The notes under the pieces: model-generated
Database searches by the model: none
The model's input: the letters and a program-made list of their open reading frames with translations, nothing else
Told to the model about the DNA's origin: nothing
Assembly (NCBI RefSeq): GCF_016433145.1
Contig: NC_058130.1
Location: forward strand, 143,768,034-143,832,033
Length of the DNA: 64,000 nucleotides
Direction of reading: 5' to 3'
From: Gracilinanus agilis
Taxonomy: Eukaryota
Position numbers and translations under genes: made by a program
Shown: piece after piece, positions 1 through 10,570 of the stretch
How the letters are laid out: every line of letters begins with the position of its first letter
How positions within the stretch are numbered: position 1 is the first letter of the stretch

Positions 1-300
1 CCCCGGCTGGTGGCGCGCCCCCCGCGGCCGGGGCCCCTGGCCGGTCCCCCAGCACAGCTGCTGCCACCGCTGCCCACTCGCCCCACCTTCCTGCGTCTTC
101 TCGCTCCGCCGCCTGCCACCTGCCCGGCGCTTCCGCGCCTACCTCAGGAGCCCTTCCCCGTGGCCGCCCACCCCCAGGAGCACCATCCACTGCCCGCTTT
201 CCCTAGCTCCCCCACTCCGTCCCTGCCATCGCCCCACTTTTTCGTGACCTCGCCCAGCTCCTGGCCCAGTGAGCGGGTTGCTTTACAGAAAAATAGCCCC
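1..300 (-). promoter_or_regulatory. CpG island, probably the 5' end or first exon-intron region of PKMYT1 (by synteny)
   Basis: Very GC/CpG-rich. A minus-strand donor GAG|GTAGGC lies at 143/142, with an E2F-like GCTTCCGCGC near 129-138. The PKMYT1 assignment rests only on recalled human gene order; no coding sequence is visible. Confidence 0.4.
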
Positions 301-674
301 TGAACACCTAGAACTTCTGCCCCTCTTCCCAAGCTAAGCCCAGGGTACCATTGGCCCTGTCTTGCAGACACCCTCGACGGGTGGTACGCACTAAGTAGCC
401 CTTTGATGGCTTCAAAAGATCTGCCCTTCAACCCTGTGTTGCAGACTGGTGGCTTGCTCCTGTGCCTCCAGCCACCTCTCGCTGGCCTCTGCCTATGACC
501 TCTGTGTCTCCCAAAGGGGTAGACCCCCTCTTCTGGGGAAGAGACACAGCAGGTGGGTGAGTTTACCTTCTGGTCTTTGTTTCTCCTCTTTGCTTCTTGC
601 AAAGGCCTGTCTTCTAATTGAGAAAAGTTGTGGCATCCTGGAATTTGAAATGACACTGAGTTGTCCATGAGCAA

Positions 675-820
675 TCCTAGGTTCTAGTTCTGGCCCTGTC
701 ACTCTTTTGCTGTGAATGACCCTCACAGCAAGTCACTTGCCCTCACTCTGCTTTCCCTTTCTACTTTGTAAGTAAAATGAGGGGGGTTGGATTTGATGAT
801 ATTTTTAAGACCCTTACTAT
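675..820 (+). mobile_element. MIR-type SINE fragment
   Basis: Core-SINE motifs: ctaggttctagttctggccctg...gcaagtcactt...tgtaagtaaaatgagggggg. Boundaries approximate. Confidence 0.6.
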
Positions 821-1224
821 TTGGAACACTCTCTTTTCAGAACCTCTTAATTGATTGACAAAATGTTATTAAAAGGATGCTTTTCTGAACATTTAGGGAA
901 GTGGTGATCTAGCCCAGGTTAATCAAAATACTGTAATCTTGCTAGATTAGCATTCCTCTTTTTGATACAGTTGAGCAGATTAGTAGATAGGGGAATCCGA
1001 TAGAGCATATCCATATTTCAGCAAGGTTTTTTTTTATAGTTATTATATCCCTGGGGACAGGATGAAATACTGTGGAGTGGACAACAGTACAATTAGTGAA
1101 GTCAGAATTAAATGAATAGCTGTACCCAAAAAGAGGTAATTGAAATATCATTTTTAAATGAAGGTATTTATCTAGATGGCCTCTGAATTCCTTTCTTCTA
1201 AATCCACTTTGTGATATCTGAGAT

Positions 1225-1480
1225 CAGCCTGGAGAGAGTATCAAAGTGGAGTACCCATTTCTTTTGAACCTTTTTGACCCTATTCTTTTGAACATTTTTA
1301 TCAGTGACCTAATGAAAAGAAGTCTGGATGATTAATTGACATCCCTGTTAGAATTAGAATCCAAAAATTATCCAGCATGTGGGCAAATCTAATAAAGTGG
1401 AATTTTAAATAAATGCAAAGTCTTAACCCTGGGTTCAAAAAGAAAGTCAACTATACAAGGACAGGAGGGGGAGGTGTGAT
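1225..1480 (+). mobile_element. CR1/L3 LINE fragment (RT region)
   Basis: Degraded CR1-like text (atcagtgacct..., aaatgcaaagtc). Collinear with the clearer fragment at 1870-2230. Confidence 0.5.
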
Positions 1481-1679
1481 TAGACAATTCATGTGAGAAA
1501 GATAAAAGAATTTTAGCAGATCACAAGCTCAATCTGATTCAACCCTGTGATTGTCACATAAGGGAAATAATTCAGCATAGAATAGAATAATGCATTATTG
1601 AATCAGTGTCCAGAAAATTAAGTAAGTCACTGAGACTAATTTGGAAAATAGGTTATCCAAAAGAAATATTTGTTCTCTA

Positions 1680-1850
1680 GGAGTCAAGAAGACCTGGGTT
1701 TAAATCTTGGTTTTGATCCTTTATTGACTATGTATGGCTCTGAACAAGAACTTAAACCTTTCTTAAGCTTCAGTTTTCTCATCTGTAAAATGAGATCTTC
1801 ATAAGGAAAGTGAATTGTAGCCCTTAAACTGCTATGTGAATGTGAACTGT
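1680..1850 (+). mobile_element. MIR-type SINE
   Basis: ggagtcaagaagacctgggtttaaatc...cttcagttttctcatctgtaaaatgag (MIR core). Confidence 0.7.
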
Positions 1851-1869
1851 TTTGGTCTCAATGTACTCT

Positions 1870-2230
1870 GCCCTAATTACCTACACCTAGAATATTGTGT
1901 TCGGTTTTGGGTAGCACATTTTAAGAGGGATGGTGACAAGCTGGAGTGTGTCCAGAAGAGGGCAATCAGGATGGTGAGACTCAAAACCATTCCATATAAG
2001 GATTGCTTAAGAAACAAAATGCCTAGCTTAAAGTCAAGACAGTTGTAGGGTGATGATCCGGTATCTTCAAGGATCTTGAAGGGTTTTCTTGTGGAATAGG
2101 GAATAGAATTGTTAGCATGGCTCCTCAGGGCAGAGTTAGGACTAATGTTAGTACCTGAGAAACTGATCAGGACTGACCAAAACTGGAATGGGCAGTAAGC
2201 TACTGCTTGTTATTTTTTAGAGGGGATTGA
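1870..2230 (+). mobile_element. CR1/L3 LINE 3' ORF2 remnant
   Basis: ORF 1836..2048 reads LEYCVRFWVAHFKRDGDKLECVQKRAIRMV, the typical CR1 ORF2 C-terminal motif (LEYCVQFW...LERVQRRATRM). Confidence 0.85.
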
Positions 2231-2685
2231 TTCAGTCCATCCACTATTTACCTAGCCCCGACTATTCACTAGACTCTGACCATATGAAGACAAAACAAAA
2301 TAAGTTCCTGACATTCAGGAGGGATGGAGGGAGTAATATGAAATAAGGCAGGAAAGATAAACTGAACCAGGTGTCTCTGAAGTAACCAGATTCTGGTTCT
2401 TTGATTCTGCATTTTGTAAAATGCCTGGGTGGGGTGGAGTATTAAACAAGGCAGAGAAGGGAGGCTGAAAACTACACTGGAAAAACCTGGAAAATGGGAC
2501 ATTTTTTCCGGACAAAAATTCTAGAAAGGGGTGGTTGTCTAGAAGGGAGTTGTCTAGAAAAGCACAAATTGATCACAAAGAGGCCCAGTAGTGTTAATGG
2601 ACTAATAGTGCACCAGAAGGATTCGATTTGTGGCCAGCAGAACTCCCAAATGGGTCCTAAACCAGATTAAAATATAAGTGGGAGG

Positions 2686-3100
2686 GGCTCAATGGATAGA
2701 GAGCCAAGCCTGGAGTTGGGAGGTCCTGGGTTCAAATATGACATCAGACACTTCCTAGCTGTGTGACCTGGGATAAGTCACTTAACTCCAGTTGCCTAGC
2801 CTTTACTCGTCTTCTGCCTTGGAACTAATGCTTAGTATAGATTCTTTTTTTTTTTTTTTTTTTACCCTTACCTTCTGTCTTGGAGCCAATACTGTGTATT
2901 GGCTCCAAGGCAGAAGAGTGGTAAGGGTAGGCAGTGGGGGGTCAAGTGACTTGCCCAGGGTCACACAGCTGGGAAGTGTCTGAGGTCAGATTTGAACCTA
3001 GGACCTCCTGTCTCTAAGCCTGGCTCTCAATCCACTGTGCTACCCAGTTGCCCTGATTAGTATAGATTCTAAGACAGAAGGTGTGGATTTAAAAAAATGT
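2686..3100 (+). mobile_element. Older SINE1/MAR-type SINE interrupted by a younger antisense SINE
   Basis: The 5' part ends ...cttagtatagattct at 2845 and resumes ttagtatagattctaagacagaagg at 3057. Confidence 0.8.
2846..3053 (-). mobile_element. SINE1_Mdo-type SINE, full length, nested
   Basis: Full consensus on the minus strand with a poly(T) tail on plus. 14-bp TSD ttagtatagattct at 2832-2845 and 3057-3070. Confidence 0.93.
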
Positions 3101-3229
3101 AATTGGGAAATGTTTAATAAATAAATAAAAACATAATGAAACATAATTTGTGGCCCCAGGGATTAATTTCTATTTGAATTTAACACCACTGAATTTAATT
3201 GAAAGATTTCACCTAGAAAAGTCAGTTTG

Positions 3230-3620
3230 CCAGGAGAGTTCTCTAATGACAAGCATGGTCAGTGACAATACCTGGCCGTATTCTGTTGAAGTTATTGATA
3301 AACATATTGCAGGCATAGATATCTTGCTTAGTAAATTTGTATATAACACAAAGCTAACACACTGCATGTCAGAATTCCTATTTTTAAAATTACCAACAAG
3401 TAACAACATTAGGCCAAGTCTAAGATAATAAAATTCAAAAGATAGTTAACTGAAAAAGATCTAAGGTTTTTGGTGGATTGACACCTGCTATAGAATGGAA
3501 AAGAGCAATTGATCTTTAGTTGCATTAAGAGGTGTCCTATCCAGGACTAAGGAGATACTGGTCCCACTATATTCTCTGATCAGACAGCCTTTTAGAGTGT
3601 TAGGTTGTTTAGAGTGCCAC
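3230..3620 (+). mobile_element. CR1/L3 LINE fragment
   Basis: Degraded CR1 RT-region text (atttgtatataacacaaagct..., ggtcccactatattctct...gagtgccacatttt). Boundaries approximate. Confidence 0.5.
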
Positions 3621-6055
3621 ATTTTAGTCTGGATGACAAGTTTGTTTAGAGGATTATTATTCATTTTGGATTACTCTAAGGTCCCTTCTGATTTTGAATT
3701 CTTTGATTTGAAATAGATATTTTTACTATGTTTCCCTTCATTTTTTAAAATCATAAACCACTTTGTGGATTACATAGTCATGTTAATAAAATGTTATTGT
3801 CATCACATGAAGGCAAACTAGTTAATGGATAGAATCTAGGTCTTATGGCTTATAGCATATATTTTGAGGAAGCGGTAGGAAGACTATAGAATTATTTCCA
3901 AATGACATTTTAATGCCATTAAGATTTTTTAAAGAAAGTCTTATGATCTGTTGCAGTATTCTTGAACTCAGATTTTGGATGAAAAAGATTTAGGAGTCCT
4001 AATGATCTAGAGAGTCTGACCTAACTATTTCAGTGTTAAAGATATATAATACAGCTTTATATTTATAGGAGTAGCATATGTAAGAGCAGTGACGTCTTTC
4101 TACTGTGTGGCTGCAGCTGACCACTAGAGGCCTAATGTCCCAAAAGGTGAGTCTAGAAGAATTCTCTCCTTTTCTCCTTTCTGACTTCTCTCCAGAGTAT
4201 TATAAACACATTCTCCTTATTCCTCAGATGAATCCAGACCAAGTGACCAGTCAGGAGTTTGGCTTCTCTGGGAGAAAAAGATCCTACCTCTGGTGTGACT
4301 GAGCCAGAAGATTTAGTCAAAAGAAGTTCAGCATCCCTGGTTACCATCCCCTAATTGGGAATGGTAGCTTTCCTTTTTCCTGGTGGTTCTGAGTTATTTG
4401 TTCTATTCCAAATCCTCTGCCTCCTCATCTCCTGCCCATGACTTTTTTTCCCCCAGATCCCTGACCTTATTGAAGCTTTATACCCTACCTTGAGCCAGAA
4501 ATTCTGAGTAGCATAGATCCAAGTTGGGAAGAGTTCTGCTTGGCTTGTCTTATTCATTTCTTGTCTCTGTGTTTACTTCACCTGCTGGAGCTGGGTCTGA
4601 TTTCCTGCTCCAAGTGGCACAGAACTGACATTCAGACAAATGTGAAACTACCCTCAGAGTTCCTGGCTCTAGAAACAAAACAGAGCTGGAAGAGTTTGCA
4701 TAATCTGGAGAGAGAGTTTACTAGTTTACTCAGAAGCTGTGTGAAGAGGTGAAACTGGGAAGGGAGGTCAAGGGTCAGACCCACTGAAAACTAGGAAAAG
4801 AAAAGCAGACTGTAAGAAGAATTTGAAGGAATCAGCCTTTTCATTTCTGAGCCTCCCTAGACCAGACAAAAGTACTGATGAAATCAGCTATCTATAAACT
4901 GGATAATTAGATCACAGTCTCCTTTAGCCCTTCAAAAATTGATTGGACTGAAAACTGATAAGACTGATCTCCTGCCTAGGAATCTCAGTGTTCCAAGCAG
5001 GTTTAGAGTTAAGGGTCAAACAGTCATTATTAAAGCCCACAGTATTATAGGGCATGGTTTTGCCTGTGAAGAGTTTATAATCTGAAAATGTGTCCCCCAC
5101 CCCTGGTCATATCTATTTCCCTTTCCATCTAGGAGCAACCCAAATTATAAAAATTTCTGGTTTTAACGTTGGAAATTTACAACCGAATAAAGTTATTTTT
5201 TGTTTTTGTCTATGGGCAGCCTTTCTTTTAGATTGTTTAGAAGTGAAAACAAATAGGCAGAATTGGAACCATATGTTTGTGTCCTAGGTAAGATTTAAAG
5301 AGTGTTCTTTGTCCAGTCAGGAACAGCACAAAAGAAGCATTTAATTCATGTTTAAATTTAATTTATTGTAATTCATACAACTTAGTAAAACATGAAAGAT
5401 AGTCCATATATAGTCCATAGCAGGGTTTTCTGTCAGTGAAAAATACATAATAAAATGTCTATTTGCTCCCCACCCCCTATGAAGTATGTTGCCCCCTAGG
5501 TCCAGCTTGTTTTTCCCTAGGCCCAGTTCTGCTTCTTAATCATAACATGATTTGTTCTAGATTTGGTAAGTTAGGATAGCTGGGAGGTCAAAAATTGTTT
5601 AGCCACCACAACAGGAGATGAGAAGGATACAGGCATTAGGAGATGATTGTCTGGAATACTTTGAATCAGAATCACTTAGAGAAAGATTTTTTGGAAGCAC
5701 TGATCTAGGATGTTTTGAAAGAGGGTAGGTCTTTGTTGTAGATGAGAGTGGCATACAACAGCCCTGTTTCCCTGGAAGGGCCTATCCACTCTTTCATATA
5801 AGTCTCATCCGAAGTAATTACTGAGGTTGAGGCAAGTTTCATCCCACTTTGGGACCTGGGAATCCTGGGCTTTCATTCTTGTTTGGCAATGACTCCTTCC
5901 TATGGCTCTTTCCTATCTGTTTTCTCCTCCACAAAACTAGGAATCCAAGTCCAGCTGGAGTTCTTACCTTCCTGCCTTCTAGTAGTACTCCAAATTGGAG
6001 CAGGACAACAGGAATGAATCTATGTCTGAGAAGAACAAAGAAACTCAGTGTAGGG

Positions 6056-6379
6056 CAGTGATGGCAAACCTAAGACACAAGTGCCCAAGATGGCATGCGG
6101 TGTGTGGGGGATACATTTTATTACTAGAAAGGCAGAGGAACTTGGTGGAGCTGCTCCTCTCCCCCTCTCCACCTTGCCTGACATTTTTTCACATCCCCCA
6201 CCCCTCTGCCCAGCAGCCCAATGGGAGTGCTTCCTACCTCCCATGTGTGGGGTAAGTGGGGGGCCAGACACTCCCAGCAGTGATGGAGGGAAGGGGCACA
6301 GCATTCAGCTGGGGAGGCAGACATGGGTAGGGTGGGGGCAGTGCCTGGCACTCCGTCTCTAACAGGTTCGCCATCACTG
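6056..6379. mobile_element. Non-autonomous hAT DNA transposon (MITE), hAT1-like TIRs
   Basis: 16-bp TIRs CAGTGATGGCAAACCT (6056-6071) and AGGTTCGCCATCACTG (6364-6379), one mismatch. Perfect 8-bp TSD GTGTAGGG at 6048-6055 and 6380-6387. Confidence 0.95.
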
Positions 6380-7039
6380 GTGTAGGGGAACTGGTTGCCT
6401 GAAAGTAGAGCAGGTCTCAGGATAACCCATCAAGTGCCTCAGTTTCCTCCCCTAAGTAAATTTACTAAACAAAAGGATCCCCTCCCCCAATTCTTTAGTG
6501 AGTCAGAGACCGGATAGGGGGTTGGGGATGTCCACAATCCTTTGCATAAGTGTTAATGAGCCATTGAAATGGTAACTGGTCTGAGGGAGGCTTCCACCCC
6601 CACCATATCAATTGCATTCCATCCCCTAGCCTTCTCCTTTGTCTCAGTCCCATTCCTCTGTCCCCAGATTCCAGTTTCTGGCTTAACTCTTTCACACCCA
6701 AAACCTTGCCCAGCGATTTGCTTTGTAGGAAGAAAATACTGAAATATCCCCCCCCACTCCCAGGCCTTAGTATTTTCTTTGCAACTAAGGTTTGGGAGGT
6801 AGGGTGGGGCAGAAAAAGCTGAGGCCATTCTGCCCTAGATGTTGTATATCACTAATCTATTCTTCCTTTTGAGCCTACCTGCAGGCTTCAGGTACTCTCT
6901 AAATGTGGATCCCAAATCTTATTTCCTACTTTACCAATCCAAATGGTCTAATCTCTAGATTTCCAATTTCTTAGTTCTACTCTCCCTCCACAAGGTTTTT
7001 GTGCTTGGAGGTTGTGGACTCTAGGGTCCACTTTTCTGA

Positions 7040-7270
7040 GGCTTAGTGGACAGAACTCTAAATCTAGAATCAGGAGGACCAGAGATCAAATGGAGCCTTA
7101 GACACTTAATTACTAACTCTGTGACCTTCATTAAATCACTTAATATCTGTTTGCCACGGATTTCTCAATAGTAAAATAGGAACAATAACATCTACCTAGT
7201 AGGATTGTTGTGAAAATTAGATAAGATACACACACGGAGTGCTTGGCACTATACAAATTCTTATTTCCTA
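7040..7270 (+). mobile_element. MAR1/MIR-type SINE
   Basis: gcttagtggacagaactct...aatcaggaggacc...tcagacac-like head and core...ggattgttgtgaaaatt tail. Confidence 0.7.
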
Positions 7271-7608
7271 TTCTTCCCTTCCACTTTTAGTTTCGTGACC
7301 TCCAGGCTTCAATTTTCTCAGTTGCTTAAAAGTGGGAAGAGAATACTAGTACTCCCTAACTCAGCAGGTTGTAATAATGAGATGAGGCAATGTACTCAGA
7401 GTGCTCTATAACCATAAAGTGCTCTATAAATGTCAGATCTTATTCTTCTCTGCCCACTCCCCTTACTTTCTCCTTTCTCTCTATAGGGCCTTTGGCCTAA
7501 AAGGGAGGTGGATGTCATACCCAAAGGGAGAAGAAAGAAGGAAACTGAAATATGAGGGGAGGGGAACTTAACTTTCAATGAAAGACCATCTTGAAGGAAA
7601 CGTAAAGT

Positions 7609-7756
7609 AAGGCAGAAGAGTGGTAAGGGCTAGGCAATGGGGGTTAAGCGACTTGCCCAGGGTCACACAGCTGGGAAGTGTCTGAGGTCAAATTTGAACC
7701 CAGGACCTCCTGTCTCTAGGCCTGGCTCTCAATCCACTGAGCCACCCAGCTGCCCC
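7609..7756 (-). mobile_element. SINE1_Mdo-type SINE lacking its 3' tail
   Basis: The head ggggcagctgggtggctcagtgg is on the minus strand; the match stops after ...cttctgcctt. Confidence 0.88.
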
Positions 7757-7942
7757 TGGTATATATACTTTGAAAAAATGAAGAGTCACTTCTTCCATAG
7801 GACCTTCAATGAATAAACTTTAATGGGATACTGCATTTTAATTTTTAATATATTAATCTCTGTCCAAAACTTATTCTGCTCCCTTAAGTCCATTGATGTC
7901 AGGATACATTCTTATTTAGATTTCTGTCATTTTGAGGCAGTT

Positions 7943-8135
7943 GTTTGTTTTTTTTTAAACCCTTACCTTCAGTCTTGGAGTCAATACTGTGTATTGGCTC
8001 CAAGGCAGAAGAGTGGTAAGGGTAGGCAATGGGGGTCAAGTGGCTTGCCCAGGGTCACACAGCTGGGAAGTGTCTGAGGTCAGTCCTCCTGTCTCTAGGT
8101 CTGGCTTTCAATTCCACTGAGCTACCCAGCTGCCC
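7943..8135 (-). mobile_element. SINE1_Mdo-type SINE
   Basis: Consensus match with a small internal deletion. 15-bp TSD cattttgaggcagtt at 7928-7942 and 8136-8150. Confidence 0.93.
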
Positions 8136-10384
8136 CCATTTTGAGGCAGTTTTTTAATTAGTGAAAAAGATTGGTTTGAAGGATTGTCAGAGCAGATTAG
8201 GTTTTCTATGCTACTAAGCTGCCATCTTGGCTTTGCCCCCAATATCATTTAGAGAAGAAAGCTATTTTAGAAGTTAGAGGTCCTGGGTTCAAATTCTGAT
8301 TGGCCAGCTTGCTGCCTGTATGACCTAGGACAAATCACTCAACCCCTCTGGAACTTAGTTTTCACAATTGTAGATGAAGAGTTAGATTAGATGGCCCAAG
8401 AGATCCCTTATAAAAGAACTATGATCTTGTGAAGGGAAGAGGAAGGCACCTTGGGGTGTAGGGACCAACACAGAGAGGTTAGAATAAGTTAGAATCCAGT
8501 AGGTGCTATGTCAAGGATGCTTTTCAGAGGACCATGGAGGTTCCCAACACAGAATCCATCAGGCAGTTTCAATCCCCTCTCGAGTTTCTCTCACCAGACA
8601 GATTTCTTCCCTAAACATTAGTTGGTACATTTTGATATTACATTGAGCAGATGAGACAATTTTCTGAGGCCATAACTCAGAAATAGAAGACTCTGACCCC
8701 TTCCCATGGCAGTAACTCACCCCAGCAAGCATCCAGTGGGAGAGAAACAAGTTGGTCGAGTCTAATTGGCTACAGGCCTTGAGTGGTGGGGGAAGGCATG
8801 GGGAGTATTTTACAGGGGTCACTCAGCTGTCTCCTAGGGAGACCAGGCATTGGAGCCTTTTACCTAGAGTTACACAAACCTGTGGGACAAGATTCCTGAT
8901 TCCCCTTGGAGAAAGCTAGAGAATTCCATTGCCAGCCTCTCCAAAGGTCATCATCACTATCTTGTCTCCAGGCTCCTCAATCAGCAAAGTTAGATGAGGA
9001 TTCTGTTCATCCCAGAGGTAGAATCTATCTCAAGAGATCCTGAAGTCTTCCCAACCTTCTCTTAATACTTCTATTGTGTGACATCCCTTTCTACCACATA
9101 TGACACCTCAAGTCAGCTTCCATCCATTTTTGTTAGAACTGAACTCTCTAGCCCTCTGGCTTATTAGTCAAAACAGAGAAGTAAATCTGTACTTATAATG
9201 CAGCCTCAGAATGATGTTCCAGGTTACTTATTCTATTTGTCAAGTATAAAATAAAGGAATTATCATGGAAGGCAGGATAAGAGAAGAGGCAGTATAAGGG
9301 AAAAGTCAAGGGCTTGGTTTCCACTACTCCTAACTGACTATATTGTTGACATGGAATCTAGAGACCCCAAACTTGTGGGCTGGTGGGATCTAATGAACCC
9401 CAAGTTTTAGGAATAGCTTGTAAATTGGAGATCCCCAAAGCTTGCACTAGTTCCCTGTTCCCTGGAGAATCCACCCAGAAGGGAATCTCAGACTAGCAGT
9501 GGCGGACTGAATAATGAACCCTGGGGTAAATGCTAAATATCCTTTTGTCTTAGGTAGTCTTCCCAGTGTCAGAGACCCTTTCTGAGGAAGACATACCTGG
9601 GCAGGGACCATCCTTTAGTATCTTTTGTAAGTAGCCCCTTCCCTTACACCCTAGCCTCTGGCTATGATTCCTTTCCCAAACTTGATTATATCCTGGCCTA
9701 AGGTCTTGTCAATCATCTTTCCCTGCCCCTGGATCTCCCCAAATGGTATATAGGTTCCCCAATTTCTTTTGTTCCTTGGAGTCATCATCTAGCACACTGG
9801 CACTCCCAGGGGTCAGGGCCCAGAGCATTCGGACTTCAATCCTCCTGCATAATCCTGTAGGGAGCAGCTCTGAGTAGAGGCCTACTGAGCCCTGTTACCT
9901 AGGTCCTTAATTAAAAGAGTGGCTTTTCTGATTATTTAATAGTTCTGTGTTGTTTTCAAAGTCGACAATATGAAAGTATAAATTGAGACATTTGGATTAG
10001 ATGATCTGATATCCTTTGTTCTATTTTCCAGGGTCCTGGCCAAGTTAAACTTTCTATTTTATCTCCAGCTCTGACATCTATGACAGAGGCCTTGTAGTGT
10101 AATGGAAAGAGCCCTGAACTTACAGACTCCAACCAGGTTACTTCAGTTCTCTAACCTTTATTTCCTCATCTATAAAAATGAAGTTAGACTAGATGGTTTC
10201 AAGGTCTCTTTATAGCTCCAAGTTTATAAAGATAGGACATAGAGTTTCCATTTTAAGGTCCCTCTGAGCTTTGTATTCTAATTCTTTTATGTAGATGAAA
10301 AAATTTAAGAGTATTCCCATTAATTCTCGACTAATCAATATCTTGTCTATGGTAAAGTTGGGACTAGAACCCAGGTCTTTCAAC

Positions 10385-10570
10385 TTAAAAAAAAAAATCC
10401 TTCCCTTCTGACTTAGAATGGATACTAAGTACCCTTCAAAGGCAGCAGAGTGGTTGTAGTTAACTGGGGTTAAGTGACTTGCCTAGGGTCATTCAGCTAG
10501 GTCAAATTTGAACACAGGACCTCTGGTCACTAAGCCTGGCTCTCAATCCACTGAGCCACCTTGATGCCCC
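10385..10570 (-). mobile_element. Older SINE1/MAR-type SINE
   Basis: ggggttaagtgacttgcctagggtca...gcctggctctcaatccactgagccacc. Confidence 0.75.

Noticed and set aside
10-674. Pro-rich 97-aa ORF (+) and 176-aa ORF (-)
   Set aside because: These are by-products of a GC-rich island. I recognise no domain, and the ORFs run into a MIR.
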